Source: Podarcis gaigeae
Taxonomy: Eukaryota
Reading direction: 5' to 3' (one strand)
Length of the DNA stretch: 64,000 bases
NCBI GenBank assembly: GCA_964106915.2
Contig: OZ066921.1
A program made the translations under genes and the position numbers. The notes beneath the pieces were generated by a model, which did no database searches, was not told the origin of the DNA, and saw only the letters and a list, made by a program, of their open reading frames with translations. Within the stretch, counting starts at the first letter, position 1. Each line of letters opens with the position of its first letter. Positions 1 through 12,466 of this stretch are shown piece by piece.

Positions 1-375
1 TCCAACTACTGTGGATATATCCTTATTCCTCTTGTGCTTTTCTGCTGATAAACATTCTTTTTTCTATGTTGGTGCCTTTGCACTGATGCAAAATTTTCAG
101 ATGTTAGCAAATCTTCCAAGGTAGCTGCTTCAGACTCTCTCCAGAGTCATGACTGGCACTGGTGCGTCATGCAGGAAGGAGAAATAGCAAAAACGCAGCC
201 ATGGAATAAACTGCTGCACCAGCAGCCCCACCATCCTGGGCATGCAATACTGCCAAAGGGAAAGCAGCTCTCTCGGCTAAAAGCCCAAGCCCAAGGGATG
301 TTCCCAGTCACTGCTTAGAACACCTATGACTGTTTGAATGAAGCAGTCAATGCAAAGAACTGACTGGATACTCAC

Positions 376-588
376 CGGGTGTTCCTGACGTACACTCCTA
401 TAGAGGTAAATTCAATCACTTTGGTGTTGGCATCCAGGCTCATCCCACCAGGCCCTCGCAAGTCTTGGTTGCGTCTGTGCGCAGTGATGTAATTGGAATC
501 TTCCAGCTCAAAATGACAGTAGGGCAAGAGGCTCTTCGCCTTCACAGCCACAACTGGGCCTTCCTCATCAGGCTTCAGGTTAGAAATA
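376..588 (-). CDS. HYDIN: HYDIN exon w52
   Basis: ISNLKPDEEGPVVAVKAKSLLPYCHFELEDSNYI...NTKVIEFTSIG; phase 2-2. Confidence 0.94.
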
Positions 589-3500
589 CTGAAAGGAAAA
601 AAGACCCAGGTTGACAGGGAATATGAAAATTAATTTCTGGGACTCCCTACCCCACACATGGCAGTGGAAGACAGCAGTGCCTGGCGTGCTCTGGTCCATG
701 GGGTCACGAAGAGTCGGACACGACTAAACGACTAAACAACAACAACAAACCCCACACATGGCATGTGATCCATCTTTTCCCCACAAGAAAACTCTCTTGC
801 TATTTTTCTGCCTCTTTGGCAGTGATCACCACCTTTTCTGGACTAACAAATCCCCATTTTACTCAGTTTCTCACCAAGCATTATGCGGTGAATGCACATT
901 TGCATCTGCTGGCATTCCAAGGCATGAGCAAAAGCTTCACCCACATTTTGTCCCACTGAGCAGATATATACATACTATTCAGATAAGTTCAGCATTTGAC
1001 TGGTGTAGGCCTCCACTGCATAAGGCTCAACTACTTGTGGCACTGTCGGGGAGAGTCAAAACTCTGTTGTTGGAGGCCTTTCCCCCCTATTTATGGGAAC
1101 ACTTGAGCCGCCACCATCCCAAGTCCATCAAAAGAGGGCAATGAAGTAAGAGGAAACCTGTGTTGCTGCCTCTGCACTGCTCCTCCTCCCCTGGATTCAG
1201 AGAGACAGTGTTGATGCCAGAAAGATAGTGACTAAATTTCTGTGCAGTCATACAGAACAAAGTTCAGAGCCTTCTAAACCTAGGTAATAGCCATTTTGTT
1301 AGGAAGTCACAGACCATGCTGCCTGCCTCCCACCGAACACAACAGCAGCTGTGTAAGGAAGCACTCAAGGTGAGAGCAAGATGTAACAACATCTGCAGTG
1401 TCGGGAAGATTTGCTCTCTCAGGACTTGTGGATGGCATTTGTGGGAAGTCTCCTTACCTGCAGAGTAGGCGGCCCTCAAACTCTCCCACTTCCTGAGGAC
1501 AGAATTTCACCTGGAGGGTCTGGGAGGTCTTAGGAAGGATGGTACCACATTTGGGCTCCATGAAGAAGGGGGTTCCAGTGGCTGCTGGGGACACGTAGGA
1601 AGAAAGGCTGTCCACCATACTCTCAAAATGACTGAACCGTCGGCTGGACCCGGTCTTGATGGAAGCAACAGATGGAACTTCCGCTGAGTTGAAGGAAGAA
1701 TTTGCTGAGACAACTGCTTCTCCTCAATGCATTATTCAAAGCAGCATTTTGTGACCTTCCATTTATTTTCCACACCTGGATGTTATGGCTTGTTATGAAC
1801 TCATCTACCAGGGCAAACATCTCTGGAACTTGGTGTGCAAGTTTGCCCTGGCCAGTGTCCTTCATGCTCCAGAGAATGTTATGGGGAAGAGGTGATGGCA
1901 ACAGCAAGCACTTGAGACATAGAGCAAAAATGCCACGTTTAGGGTTGGCCTGGAAGCTGCAGCTTGGACAGAAGCAGTGAAATGGCATAACTGAGTGGAG
2001 TTGTCGACTGTGAGCAAGAAGCACCACTTTTAAAAGAACTGTGCTGCCTGCGTGTTTGCTTCTGGGCCAAGTCCTTAGCAAGCTTGGCCTAGGTTATGTG
2101 GAGGAAAGCCTTCTTGCAGATAGACCTGTCTCTCTGCTTAGATAGTCAAATGAAGTTGTATTGCAGCTGCTGAGATCTATATTGTGATAACTGGGGAGGG
2201 GTGGTGTGCTGCTTTTCTGTTGTGATGCTGTTGTAAAAATTGTCCTGCTTAATCTGGATGCATTTATTGCATTTTAATGTTGTAGTGAAGTTAGGAAAGA
2301 CTTTACTACAAATGTGCTGGTTTTTTTTTAAATAAAAAATGTATTTATATGCTTGTGAACTGCCAAAGAAATGTTTTAAATAAGCATACAGACAAGCTAA
2401 TAGTTCCCCATTAACTCTCTAGAAAGCATCCCCTGGCAAGTAACTCCCTTCTGGCTGATGCAGCTACTGTTGTACCTGTTGCAACCTGCCCTGAATGTCC
2501 CAGGCAAATATATGATGTTCTCAAGGCACCTGAGAAGTGGTGGAGAGCCTGAGAAGCCCACTAAGGCTTACCTGTTGCACCTTCTGGGCTGGGGGCCAAA
2601 GCCTCAGTAGCAAAGTTGACTGCCCTCCCAGTCTCCTCCATGACCACATTCCAGGTGTATTCTAGCCGCACGTTCCCTGTATTAGACAGCTCCACACTGG
2701 TAGAACAAGAGGGCAGAGAGAAAGGGAGGAAATTGGAAGATCTGGGTCAGAACAAAGGAAATAGAGTCACTGTGCTCTGGTCACATATACTTAATCCTCT
2801 TCATCACTAAGTTTGGTGAAAACAAGGTGGTCTGAAGCATGAATCAGCCATGGGAATGCAGGTATATGTGCCCAGCACACTGTAAGATAGGGGAAGCTGG
2901 ACTCCACAAAAAGGGGGTCGCAAAAATAGAAGGCAGCCTCTGAACAAGATTCTGCATATTTGTTACTCACTCGTACACCCTCGTCTGGAACAGCAAAGTG
3001 TCCTTGAAGTTCACTGTCTCCACTTCCATTTTGTATTGTGCGTAGTCCACAGTGGCACTCACCCAGAGCTCCAGTTCTCGGCCACTGTCTTCCACAGTCG
3101 TGTGAGCAGGTTCCGGATCTGTCTCAATCACCTACACCAACAGCAGAACAATAGGAAGCAGCCACAATAGGAAGCAACCACAAGGTGGCTTGTTTCCAAC
3201 CTTAAGAACGTAAGAACAGCTCTTCAGGATCAGGTCAGTTGCTCATCTAACCCAGCATCCTGATCTCATAGTGGTCAATAGGAAGCCTGCAAGCAGGAAC
3301 CAAGTGCCACAGCACTGTCTTCCTCCTGTGGTTTCCATTAACTGGTATTTAGGGGCATTACTACCACCGGCAAGTGGATGGAGGCACAAGGAGAGGCCAC
3401 TTTGCCAGTGAGATTCAGCAAAGGAAACAACTCATGTCCCAGTTCAGCAAGCAGCTTCAAGATGTCAAGCTTTTGTCTAATCTTAGCTACAGCAGCTCAG

Positions 3501-6500
3501 TAAACAAATTAGGACAATGTCACAGGTCAGGTGATAAGGAAATAACTCATTCCAAGCAGTATGTAAATCCCAAAAGGACAGGCTTCATTTTCATCACCCA
3601 TTAGATCTGGGAAGAAAATAGCATTTGTTTCCTTTGACATCTCCAGATGAGAGTGTAGCTCGTGAACCCAGAGCCCAACAAGTGCCAGGTGAGGTTCATA
3701 TCTGGCAAGGCAGCAAGCAGAAGAATAAAACTGCAGAGAAACCTCCTGAACAGCAAAAGGCTACAACAGGTCATGTGACAAATCCTGAGCTGTACAACAT
3801 GTGCAACATAAAGAAACTCCCCTGTTTCAATTTGTCTTGGACCTAGAATCCTCTTTCCCTTGATGCAGAATTCAGCCTTGTTCAATTCAGCTCCATCAGT
3901 GCCTGCATGAGACCTCTCTGAGCACCTCTTTGCTCCCTTGTTTCTTACCTTCTTCTTAGTTGGGCGTGTTGTTGTGATACTTTTTGAGATGTCCACCCAT
4001 TTGACAGTGTGGAGGCGATCGTCCCAATCAGGCACTTGGTCAGCTGGCAACTGAAAGGCAATCTTGGTCACCTTGCACTTGATGGCCTGTTCTTTCAGTG
4101 TGACGGGGAGGCTAGATTTCAAGGTCACTGTGATGTTTTTGGTGCACCCGCTGTGGAGGTGGCCAACCTAGGGGAGTGGTGTGGAGCACCAGAGAGTCAG
4201 ATGTTGGCAAGATAACCAAGGAGAAATAGCAGGGTCATAAAAGACCTGCATTGATCACTGGACAGCCCTGAAAGTAAACTGAGTGCATGTTGATGGTGAC
4301 CTGCACTTTTCTCCTAAGGGAATAATTCAGCACTGGTGAAAAGCACAATGGCAGCTTCAGGCTGCAACCTCCCCTGTATGATCTTCAACATGCTGAAACA
4401 TATTTTCATTCCAGTTGGGATTACATGTGGGAATTCCACACTAAACAATTGTGGAAGCCTGCCCCCACCTTTGGTAACAATGGAGCCTGCAAGAGATAAG
4501 TGGGGTGCAAAGCCTTGGGCCTCTGGGAGCTTTGGCAGCAAAGGAGAATTGAGGACAGGGGTGCCTCCACCTACCTGTGGGGAGAAGTGAAGTGGACCCG
4601 AAGTCGGCCATTCAAATCTCATCACATCTGACTTGCTGTGGTTGGTTATGGTACATGATGCCTGATAGGACCTGCCAATGTGACAGTCCCCAAACTGGAC
4701 GCAATCTATTCGGGGAGCTGTGGGGAAAGAGGCCAGGTGTTCTGAACAAGGGCAGCTTTTGTTGCCTCCCAGTGATAAAGACATTGTCACAAGGCGTAGC
4801 TTCTTACTTCCCACTTGCCTTCTTGATCCTTGAAGCCCCTTTGCCCATTAGCTCAATTCAAACGCCACACTCAACCATGGTATGCACTGAACGTTAAGAA
4901 CCCACATCATGGTTTGAACATCCATATGCATAGCTGGCAAACTACGGTTTGGAGCTGCTTGCCTGCTTTTGTTTTCCATCTGCTTAGAACTCAGGTTTCT
5001 AAGTTCACAAGTTTGCTTCCACTACGGCTAAAAGACTGATATTGATCCACTGGAACCTAGTGGCGGAGCTTCATGCTCTGGCACCGGGGGGCGGAGAGCA
5101 GGCAGGGGCATGGCATGCCGCCTGTGGGGACGTGGTGCCCAGATTGGGCTGGGGGGCAGCCGCGATGGCAACCCATCAGTATTGTGCTGCCTGGGGTGGT
5201 GAGCTCCCCCCGCACTCCTCTTCCTCCACCACTGCTGGAACCATAAATCTATGGCCCCCTTTAATCAATGGAATATATGACAACTGTTGCAACATACAAA
5301 CAAATAGCTTATAGACATAGACTGTTTATGGATCACTATTATGACATTTGGAAGCCATTTATAAAAAATATAGTAGATTATAAAGAACTGTTTATGTATT
5401 AGAATATTAATTTCATTTATATGCCTTTGTATTAGATAAGTATGTATGTCATTAAAGTGGGTTCCCCCCCCCTTTTATGCTACATTTGTTTCATTTTTTT
5501 GTTTTCCACTTTATTTTGTTTAATTGAAATATTTTAAATAAAAAATGAATAATATGATAGCCTTCACATCACGAATGTTTACCACATTAGTTGGGTCTAC
5601 TTATGCATCAGATGTGAATACAGTTACTAGTTTTTATTCTGTAGTAGAATTATATTCTTGAGACATAAAAAAAATAAAGTTGGCCTCGAGAGCTGTCCAT
5701 GCAAGAAGAATTATTGTTTGTCTTATTATCCCAGCACAGAATCTTCAAGTTCTGGGTAAGATTTTGCTCTGAGGAAATCCATTGCCTCAATTAACTGTTA
5801 ATCTGTGATCAGCTAGGTATGGCCAGCACATTTTGGGAGGATCTCTAAACAAGGCAACATTTGTCACCCATTGCTAGCGGTCCCACCCCCAGTTCACTGA
5901 AGCACCTCCCCTTTATCTCACCCTCGGCTATGTTCTCTTCCAGATGTCTTTCAGAATCAGTCTCCGTAATCAAGCTGTGGATGTTGTCCAGCACAACATC
6001 ATCCTGGTAGCCCTCGCCCACCATTTGGATGCTGGTCTCCTCGTACTGATTATCCACAATAGAGAGGTGGATCAGTCCTTCAATGCGCTGGGCCAAGGTG
6101 GGTTGGAAAACCACATCAAACTCAGCAGACTCCCCATTGTGCAGGATAAGAGAGGCGGTGTGAGGTTTCCTGACTATGAAAGGACAAAGGAAATAGGAGA
6201 CCAAAATATCAGAATTCCTCCTCCACAAGGCCCAGAGATCTCGGGGGGAAAGAAAAGGCCCTTCCTTTGCTTTTTGTTTACGAGACCTTCAGCTGTACCT
6301 CTGCAGATATTTTGTTCAGGCAGCCGTCTCAGTGCTCTGGACAAGGGGCTAAAAGGAAGCCAGTGTCACAGGGAGCCCCACCCACCTTTCCACAGCTACT
6401 GCGCCCTTGCCATGGTAGCACGTATGTGTCATTTACCTCCCTCGCTGGGTTCATTCTCCTCATTCTGAGAAGTCATATAAATGCACTTGGTAGTGGGTCT

Positions 6501-9500
6501 GTGTTTCAAAGTGAAAGCACAATTTTCATCTGAGATGTTGAGAAACAGCTGGGGAAAGGGACAAAACAAGAAAAGCAACACAGCCATGAGTCCTGGGAGA
6601 CCATTTAGATCCAGACAGCACCTTGGAATACTATCAAACAGGCAGAACTTTGCCTGACAGCCTTTTCTGTAAATTCTTAACATCCAGATGTTTAAGGTAA
6701 CTAATTCAGCCTATGCTGCTATGAAACCCTTTAATTCATTAATCTAGGGATAGGAAACTGCTGACCTCCAGGCCAGATCTTGTTCCCAGGATATTTAAGT
6801 CAATCCTGCACCGCCCTCTCCCCCTTGGCTCTGGCATGGTCTGCTGTCCCGGCAGATACTCATGAAAGCTTCCTGGAGGCAGCTTTTGAGCCCTTTGAAG
6901 AATGAACCCTGGGTAGCTTGAAAAACACATGGAAGAAGAATGCAGCTGGGGAAAAATGGAGAGCTACTTGGACAACAGTGGAGGGGAGGCAGCCTGGGGA
7001 GTGACACCATCCACCATCCACCCATTCTCCTGGGCAGCCTCACTCAGCGGCACACCCCAGTGGCAGCAATGGTGGCCAAGAGTTGCTTCCTCAAGGGCTA
7101 GCCCTCAGATGGGATGTGTGGCAGAGTGGAAAAAAGAACAAGAAATAAGAACAGGAGGGTTGGGTGATGGCAGCGGAACTACTCTCTCTCTTTCTTTCTC
7201 TCACTCTCTCTCACTCTCTCATATATCCCAAAGATCTCAGAAGCACCAAATCAGAGCAGGGCATTTAGAGTAGGTGCCCCTGTGACCGGGGTGGTGGGAA
7301 GAAAGTGAAAAGCTCTCCCCGCATGTATAAAAAAAGCCCATGACTTCCCCTTCCATGCTGACTTTTAAATGCCTGTTGAAAACCTTCCTATTTCCCCAGG
7401 TGTATGCAGGCAATACATTCTTCCACAATGGTTAACTGATGCCTCTTTTTCACTTTTCATATGGTTTTCCATTTTTGTTTCGTTTTATTGCTGTAAACCA
7501 CTTTAATATATTTTAACAACATATGTATTACTTATTTATTTAGAAAAATATTTATAAGGGCACTTTATGGACCACATAAGAGCAACGTTGCCATGCCCAA
7601 AGCTGCCTACCTGGACTAGGATGCTGCCACAGTTCTTAAAGACCAGAGGAAGGATTTCTGTATGGCCCAACAGGAGCCTCCTGAAGAGTAGGAGTGGGTT
7701 CCCTTTCTTATTGCGGAGCACTGGGCGCATGATGGTGACCTGAGGGAGGTTGCCATCCCCAGTGACCTCAAAGGATAAATTCCTTGACTTTGCAACCACA
7801 CTGAAAGTAAGAGACAAAGGAACACATTGCCCTTGGGTGCATGTCTAGAGGATGGCCCAAAGGAGCCACCACCTTTCCATCAGCCATGACTGGGATACCT
7901 GGGTGGTGCATCAACAGCAGCCTCAAAAATGCACTGGTAGTTTTGCATGCTCTGCGGTGAGAAGGTCAGGCTTGTGAAGGCATGTGAACGGCTGGCAATG
8001 CACATCCGCACTGGTTGGAGCTCAAAGATGTCACTGATCCGGAAACTGGACTGTAGAAACATCATACAGCTGGTGAAGCTTCAAAAACCACTCACAGAAA
8101 GCCCCCTCCCTGAATAAGAGGATGTGGAGACTGACAGGACACTTCCTGGACTAATAATAATAATAATAATAATTTTATTATTTATACCCCGTCAATCTGG
8201 CTGGGTTTTCCCAGCCACTCTGAGCGGCTTACAGCACATACAAAATTGTAAAACATTAGACATTAAAAATTTCCCAAATGTCTTCTAAGAGTCAGGTAGT
8301 TGTTTATTTCCTTGATATCTGATGGGAGGGCATTCTACAGGGCAGGCACCACTACCAAGAAGGCCCTCTGCCTGGTTCCTTGTAACCTCACTGCCAGATG
8401 TCCCTCGGAGCTGGAACTCAGTGTCTGGGCTGAATGATGGAGGTGAAGACACTCTTTCAGGTACACTGGGCTAAGACCATTTATGGCTTTAAAGGTCAGC
8501 ACAAACACTTTGAATTGTGCTCAGAAACATACCAGGAGTCAATGTAGGTCTTTCAGGACCAGTGTTAGCCTGATTCCTTGCAAGCTGCCTCCAGCTCAGC
8601 CAATGCAGCAAATGCTGCCATGACTGATTTATCAATGGACCCAGTTTGCTATGATAGGGGCAAACATATAAGCCTATAACAAGCTTCCACATGAAATTCC
8701 TAGACCATTAATTTTATTCTGTTTCAGCTATGTACATGGTGATTTCTTGGGTTACATAGAGATGGGCAAACTTTTTGCTTACCCCTGAGGACCATATGCA
8801 GCCACATATGGTGGAGCGCATGATGGTGGGCATGGCCATTCATTCCTATGTACACTCTTGCAGAGAGAATATAGATGGGGAAAGCGAATCCTCCCCATGC
8901 TCCAGTCTTCCCATCGCAGTCATGTAACTTACATGCCCTAGCCAACCCTTGCAGGGAACTGGCTACAGGAAGCACAAGGAAGGGAATCTGTTTTGTGGTA
9001 GGCAGTCAGGCAGGGGGGAATAAAAACATGGTATCAAAGCTAGCAGTGGAGGAATTTTAGGAAGATTGCAAGAGAGACCCATGATGGCCACCTGGAGCCG
9101 TGTTAAATAAATACAATCTTAACTCCCAATCTAAGGGGCGGTGGCAGCAGCAGCAGCAGCTACCACACAAAACCACCACAGCACAGCAGATGCTCTCACC
9201 TTGGAAGAGATGGACTTTACGCTAAAAACCACATCACAGGGGATTCGGCCAGTGTTGCAGATCTTGAACCGGGCAACTGCCTGGTGCCCAACCAAAACGT
9301 TATTGAAGATGAATTTGTTTTCATCAGTCACAAACACACACTCGCATCCTATGGTCTTCAGAACCTGGCTGAGGTTGCTGCTGTTGCAGATTCGATGCTC
9401 CTCAAAAATGCTCCCCATGTCATCCATCACAAAACCTTGGGGAAATACAGTGAGGACAACTTAATTACAGATTGAAGTTGAGATAGGACAGAGCAACTCT

Positions 9501-12434
9501 TCCAAAAGTAATTATTTATCATTCCTTTCACAGGGCTTCAGGGGAAGGAGGGCTACTCCCTAGAATAATATCACAGGACAAAATAAATCCCTCTCTCCCT
9601 GCAGATGGCAGGCAAAATGAAAGAGACTCAAGAGATTAGTTCTCCTTCCAGCTGTGATGGTTTCAGAGCTGCTACCATCACCTACCTGGGACACATGATT
9701 CTGCAAGCAGACTGTACTGAATGCCACCAGGGTTGTCGTCGGGGTCTCGGTCAGCGATCTCTATGTTCATGTACTCCTCAAATTTCCCTACTGCATCTGC
9801 AATGCAGTCCACAGTGATGGTCTGATGGCCTCCCGGAGGAATGGTTCCAAATCCAGGGGAGACGGTGAATATGCCAAGGGAGAAGCGAGCCTATGGAGAG
9901 AGCCCAAGCAGGAGGCAGCCTTCACTACAGCTGCCACTGAACCAATGCAGGTAGTGCTGCACCAGCTATTTTGGGTCTGCTTCCTATAGAAGCAGGTGAA
10001 AGAGTCAGTTGGCAACGTAAGGAAGCTGCACTTTGCAAACCTTACACAGGTGCAGCAGTGTGCCCAATGCTGAGGATGCTGAAAGCTGAGGACCAAATCA
10101 GAGCATCCAACCCTACTTGCTCTTCCTTCCTGGAGTCCATTAACGTGGAACACCTGGGGAGGGAGAGGTTGTTCCCAAGGAATGCTGTTCTCTGCCTCCT
10201 CTCCCTGGTTTCCTTTTCTGTGCACAGCACCTGCGCACGTGTGCTTGTTTAGATACTTCATTTAATTCATTCATTGGTCTCTAACAAAGCATCTCAAAGC
10301 AACTAACAACAGTAATGTCCATATAGACGCAATTCACAAAGTTACAACATTGAAAACCAGCAAGGTATTGGAAGACTCTAGATAACTCTGGGACTTAATA
10401 TTAATGGACAAAGTGGCAACCCACATCCAAGAGAGTCGAACAGACAAAAAATAATAATACTTTCAATCAACCCGGCATAGTTTTATTACATGGGCAACAT
10501 CAACAGAACATGGATATAGGCCTCCAAGAACACACAGCAACTTGTAGAATGATACCTTTTCTTAAAAACTGAAGTGACTTAAATGTTAAATGTAACTAAA
10601 TAGACATTTGGTGCTTGGGGGTGGGCAATTGCTGAATATTGATTGCTGCTGCTTGTATAAATAAGTGAAAACAATAACATATTTGGCAATACCATTCCCA
10701 CCCAACCTCCGCAAAACAGTAAGATGTCTCGCATTTGCTCAACAGGAAACACTATCCCTGCATGGCTAGAAGGTCTGAAGGACAAAGAATGAGGAAAGAA
10801 TAGCTCCCAAGGAGCCTAGAAAGAGCACAAGAGACCCAGGCGCCAGACCCAGAGCTCATGGGGATGAAGGGGAAGCAGGCCCCTGCCTACCTGCACCACC
10901 ATGGTCACATCCTTTTGCATGGATTCTGTGCGCTTGCTTTGCCTTCCCAGCTGAGCCGTCTGCCGGCCAAGGTAGACATCACTACAGCGGGAGGTCTTCT
11001 CATGAGAGGGTCTGCAAGAGAAAGTGGAAACAAAATACTTCTGGATGGGGGTGTAGACTCCAGCCACCACTCCAGAGCCTGACTTTGCTACATATGCATC
11101 TTATTGGGGATAAACTCATGAACAAACACATGTCAGAGGCTCCCAAAGTCTGAGTCACCAGCAGACAGGCATCTCCAAAAGGGCCACAAGTCCGTGGCTG
11201 GCTGGCATGGGGCCAGTGATCTCAGGCTGATGAGGAAGTGGTGAAAGCAGAGGGGCAAATGACTTCATGTCGCAGCTAGATGGTGTGTGTCAGGTGATGA
11301 ATGGAGGGTGAAAAGGAGAGCATGGAGTCTTTTAGGCTGGGAGGCAGGGGAACTGCAGCAAACCTTCAGGGTAGTTTCATTACATTGGAAACATGCTGCC
11401 TTATTGCAGTGGCTGGATTTTATGACACTTCTTTGGAACCTAATTAGGTTTTGAAAGGAAAAGGAAGGTTGAACATGTGGATTCTGCATGGCCACACTGG
11501 CCTTGCCTGAGAACACACTCCAAATTGCAATCAAGTTCAGAGCCCAAATCCATCCTCTCTCTCAAGAAAACATCCCCCGTTGCCTGCTCACCCTTTCCTC
11601 AGTGGGATCACCACATCTCGGATTTGCCTGCAGATGCCATACTTGAAGTCGAGGATCCCTTTGTTCTCAATGGTGAAGCTGTTGGTCTTCCGGGAATTGA
11701 GTACCACAGGCCCAAAGTTTATGAGTGATGGAGGGGTGATGCTGTATTTGGTAAACATGCAATGCACTGACACCTTGATGGGAATGGTGGCAATGATCTC
11801 TCCTCCTTCGCAGAGGTTGGGCTCAATAACCTAGACAGAGGACAAGAGATTAGGCTGGCAGAAGGATGAGCTCCAGCTTGTGCCGATAAAGCACCACAAT
11901 CCAAATCCTTGCCCTGGTGACCCTCTTGTTCTTCTCTTCCCACCTGGAAGCTGCAGAGGGAGAAGTGGGAAACACGCCCCCCGCCCAGCACAGACTCTGC
12001 TGAGAGATTGGTTTTCTTTGGCTCCTCCTATCACAGAACTGTTCCAATGCATGTAGGTCATCATAAGGAATGGCAGTCAGAGACCAGCGCTCCAAGAATA
12101 AGCCACCTGGGCACAAGAGCAGACTCCATGCCAGGAGGCACTCTTTATTCAAAGAAACTAAAACAGTGCAGGCCTAGTGATCACAGCAGTAGATCTTGCC
12201 CCAATGAGGCAATTGCAAGGACCAAAGGTCCCCACCTTCCCACCTCTCTCTCTTGCTCCTCTCCCAGTTCCTTCCCCAGCGGTCTACGCCTCCTCCATCT
12301 TGTCTCTCTTTGCTCTGCTCTGTTCTCTTCATTTATCTACGTGTTCTGGGAGACAAGTGGCAGGGAAGCTGGTCACAGCAGGAAGGGGAGATTCCCTAGT
12401 TTCTTCAGCAGCCTGCCTTCACTCTGCCTTTTGA

Positions 12435-12466
<32 letters not shown>

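Noticed and set aside
5944-6468. 174-aa plus-strand ORF and similar antisense ORFs (e.g. 21084-21754, 22391-22861)
   Set aside because: Antisense shadows of HYDIN coding exons.
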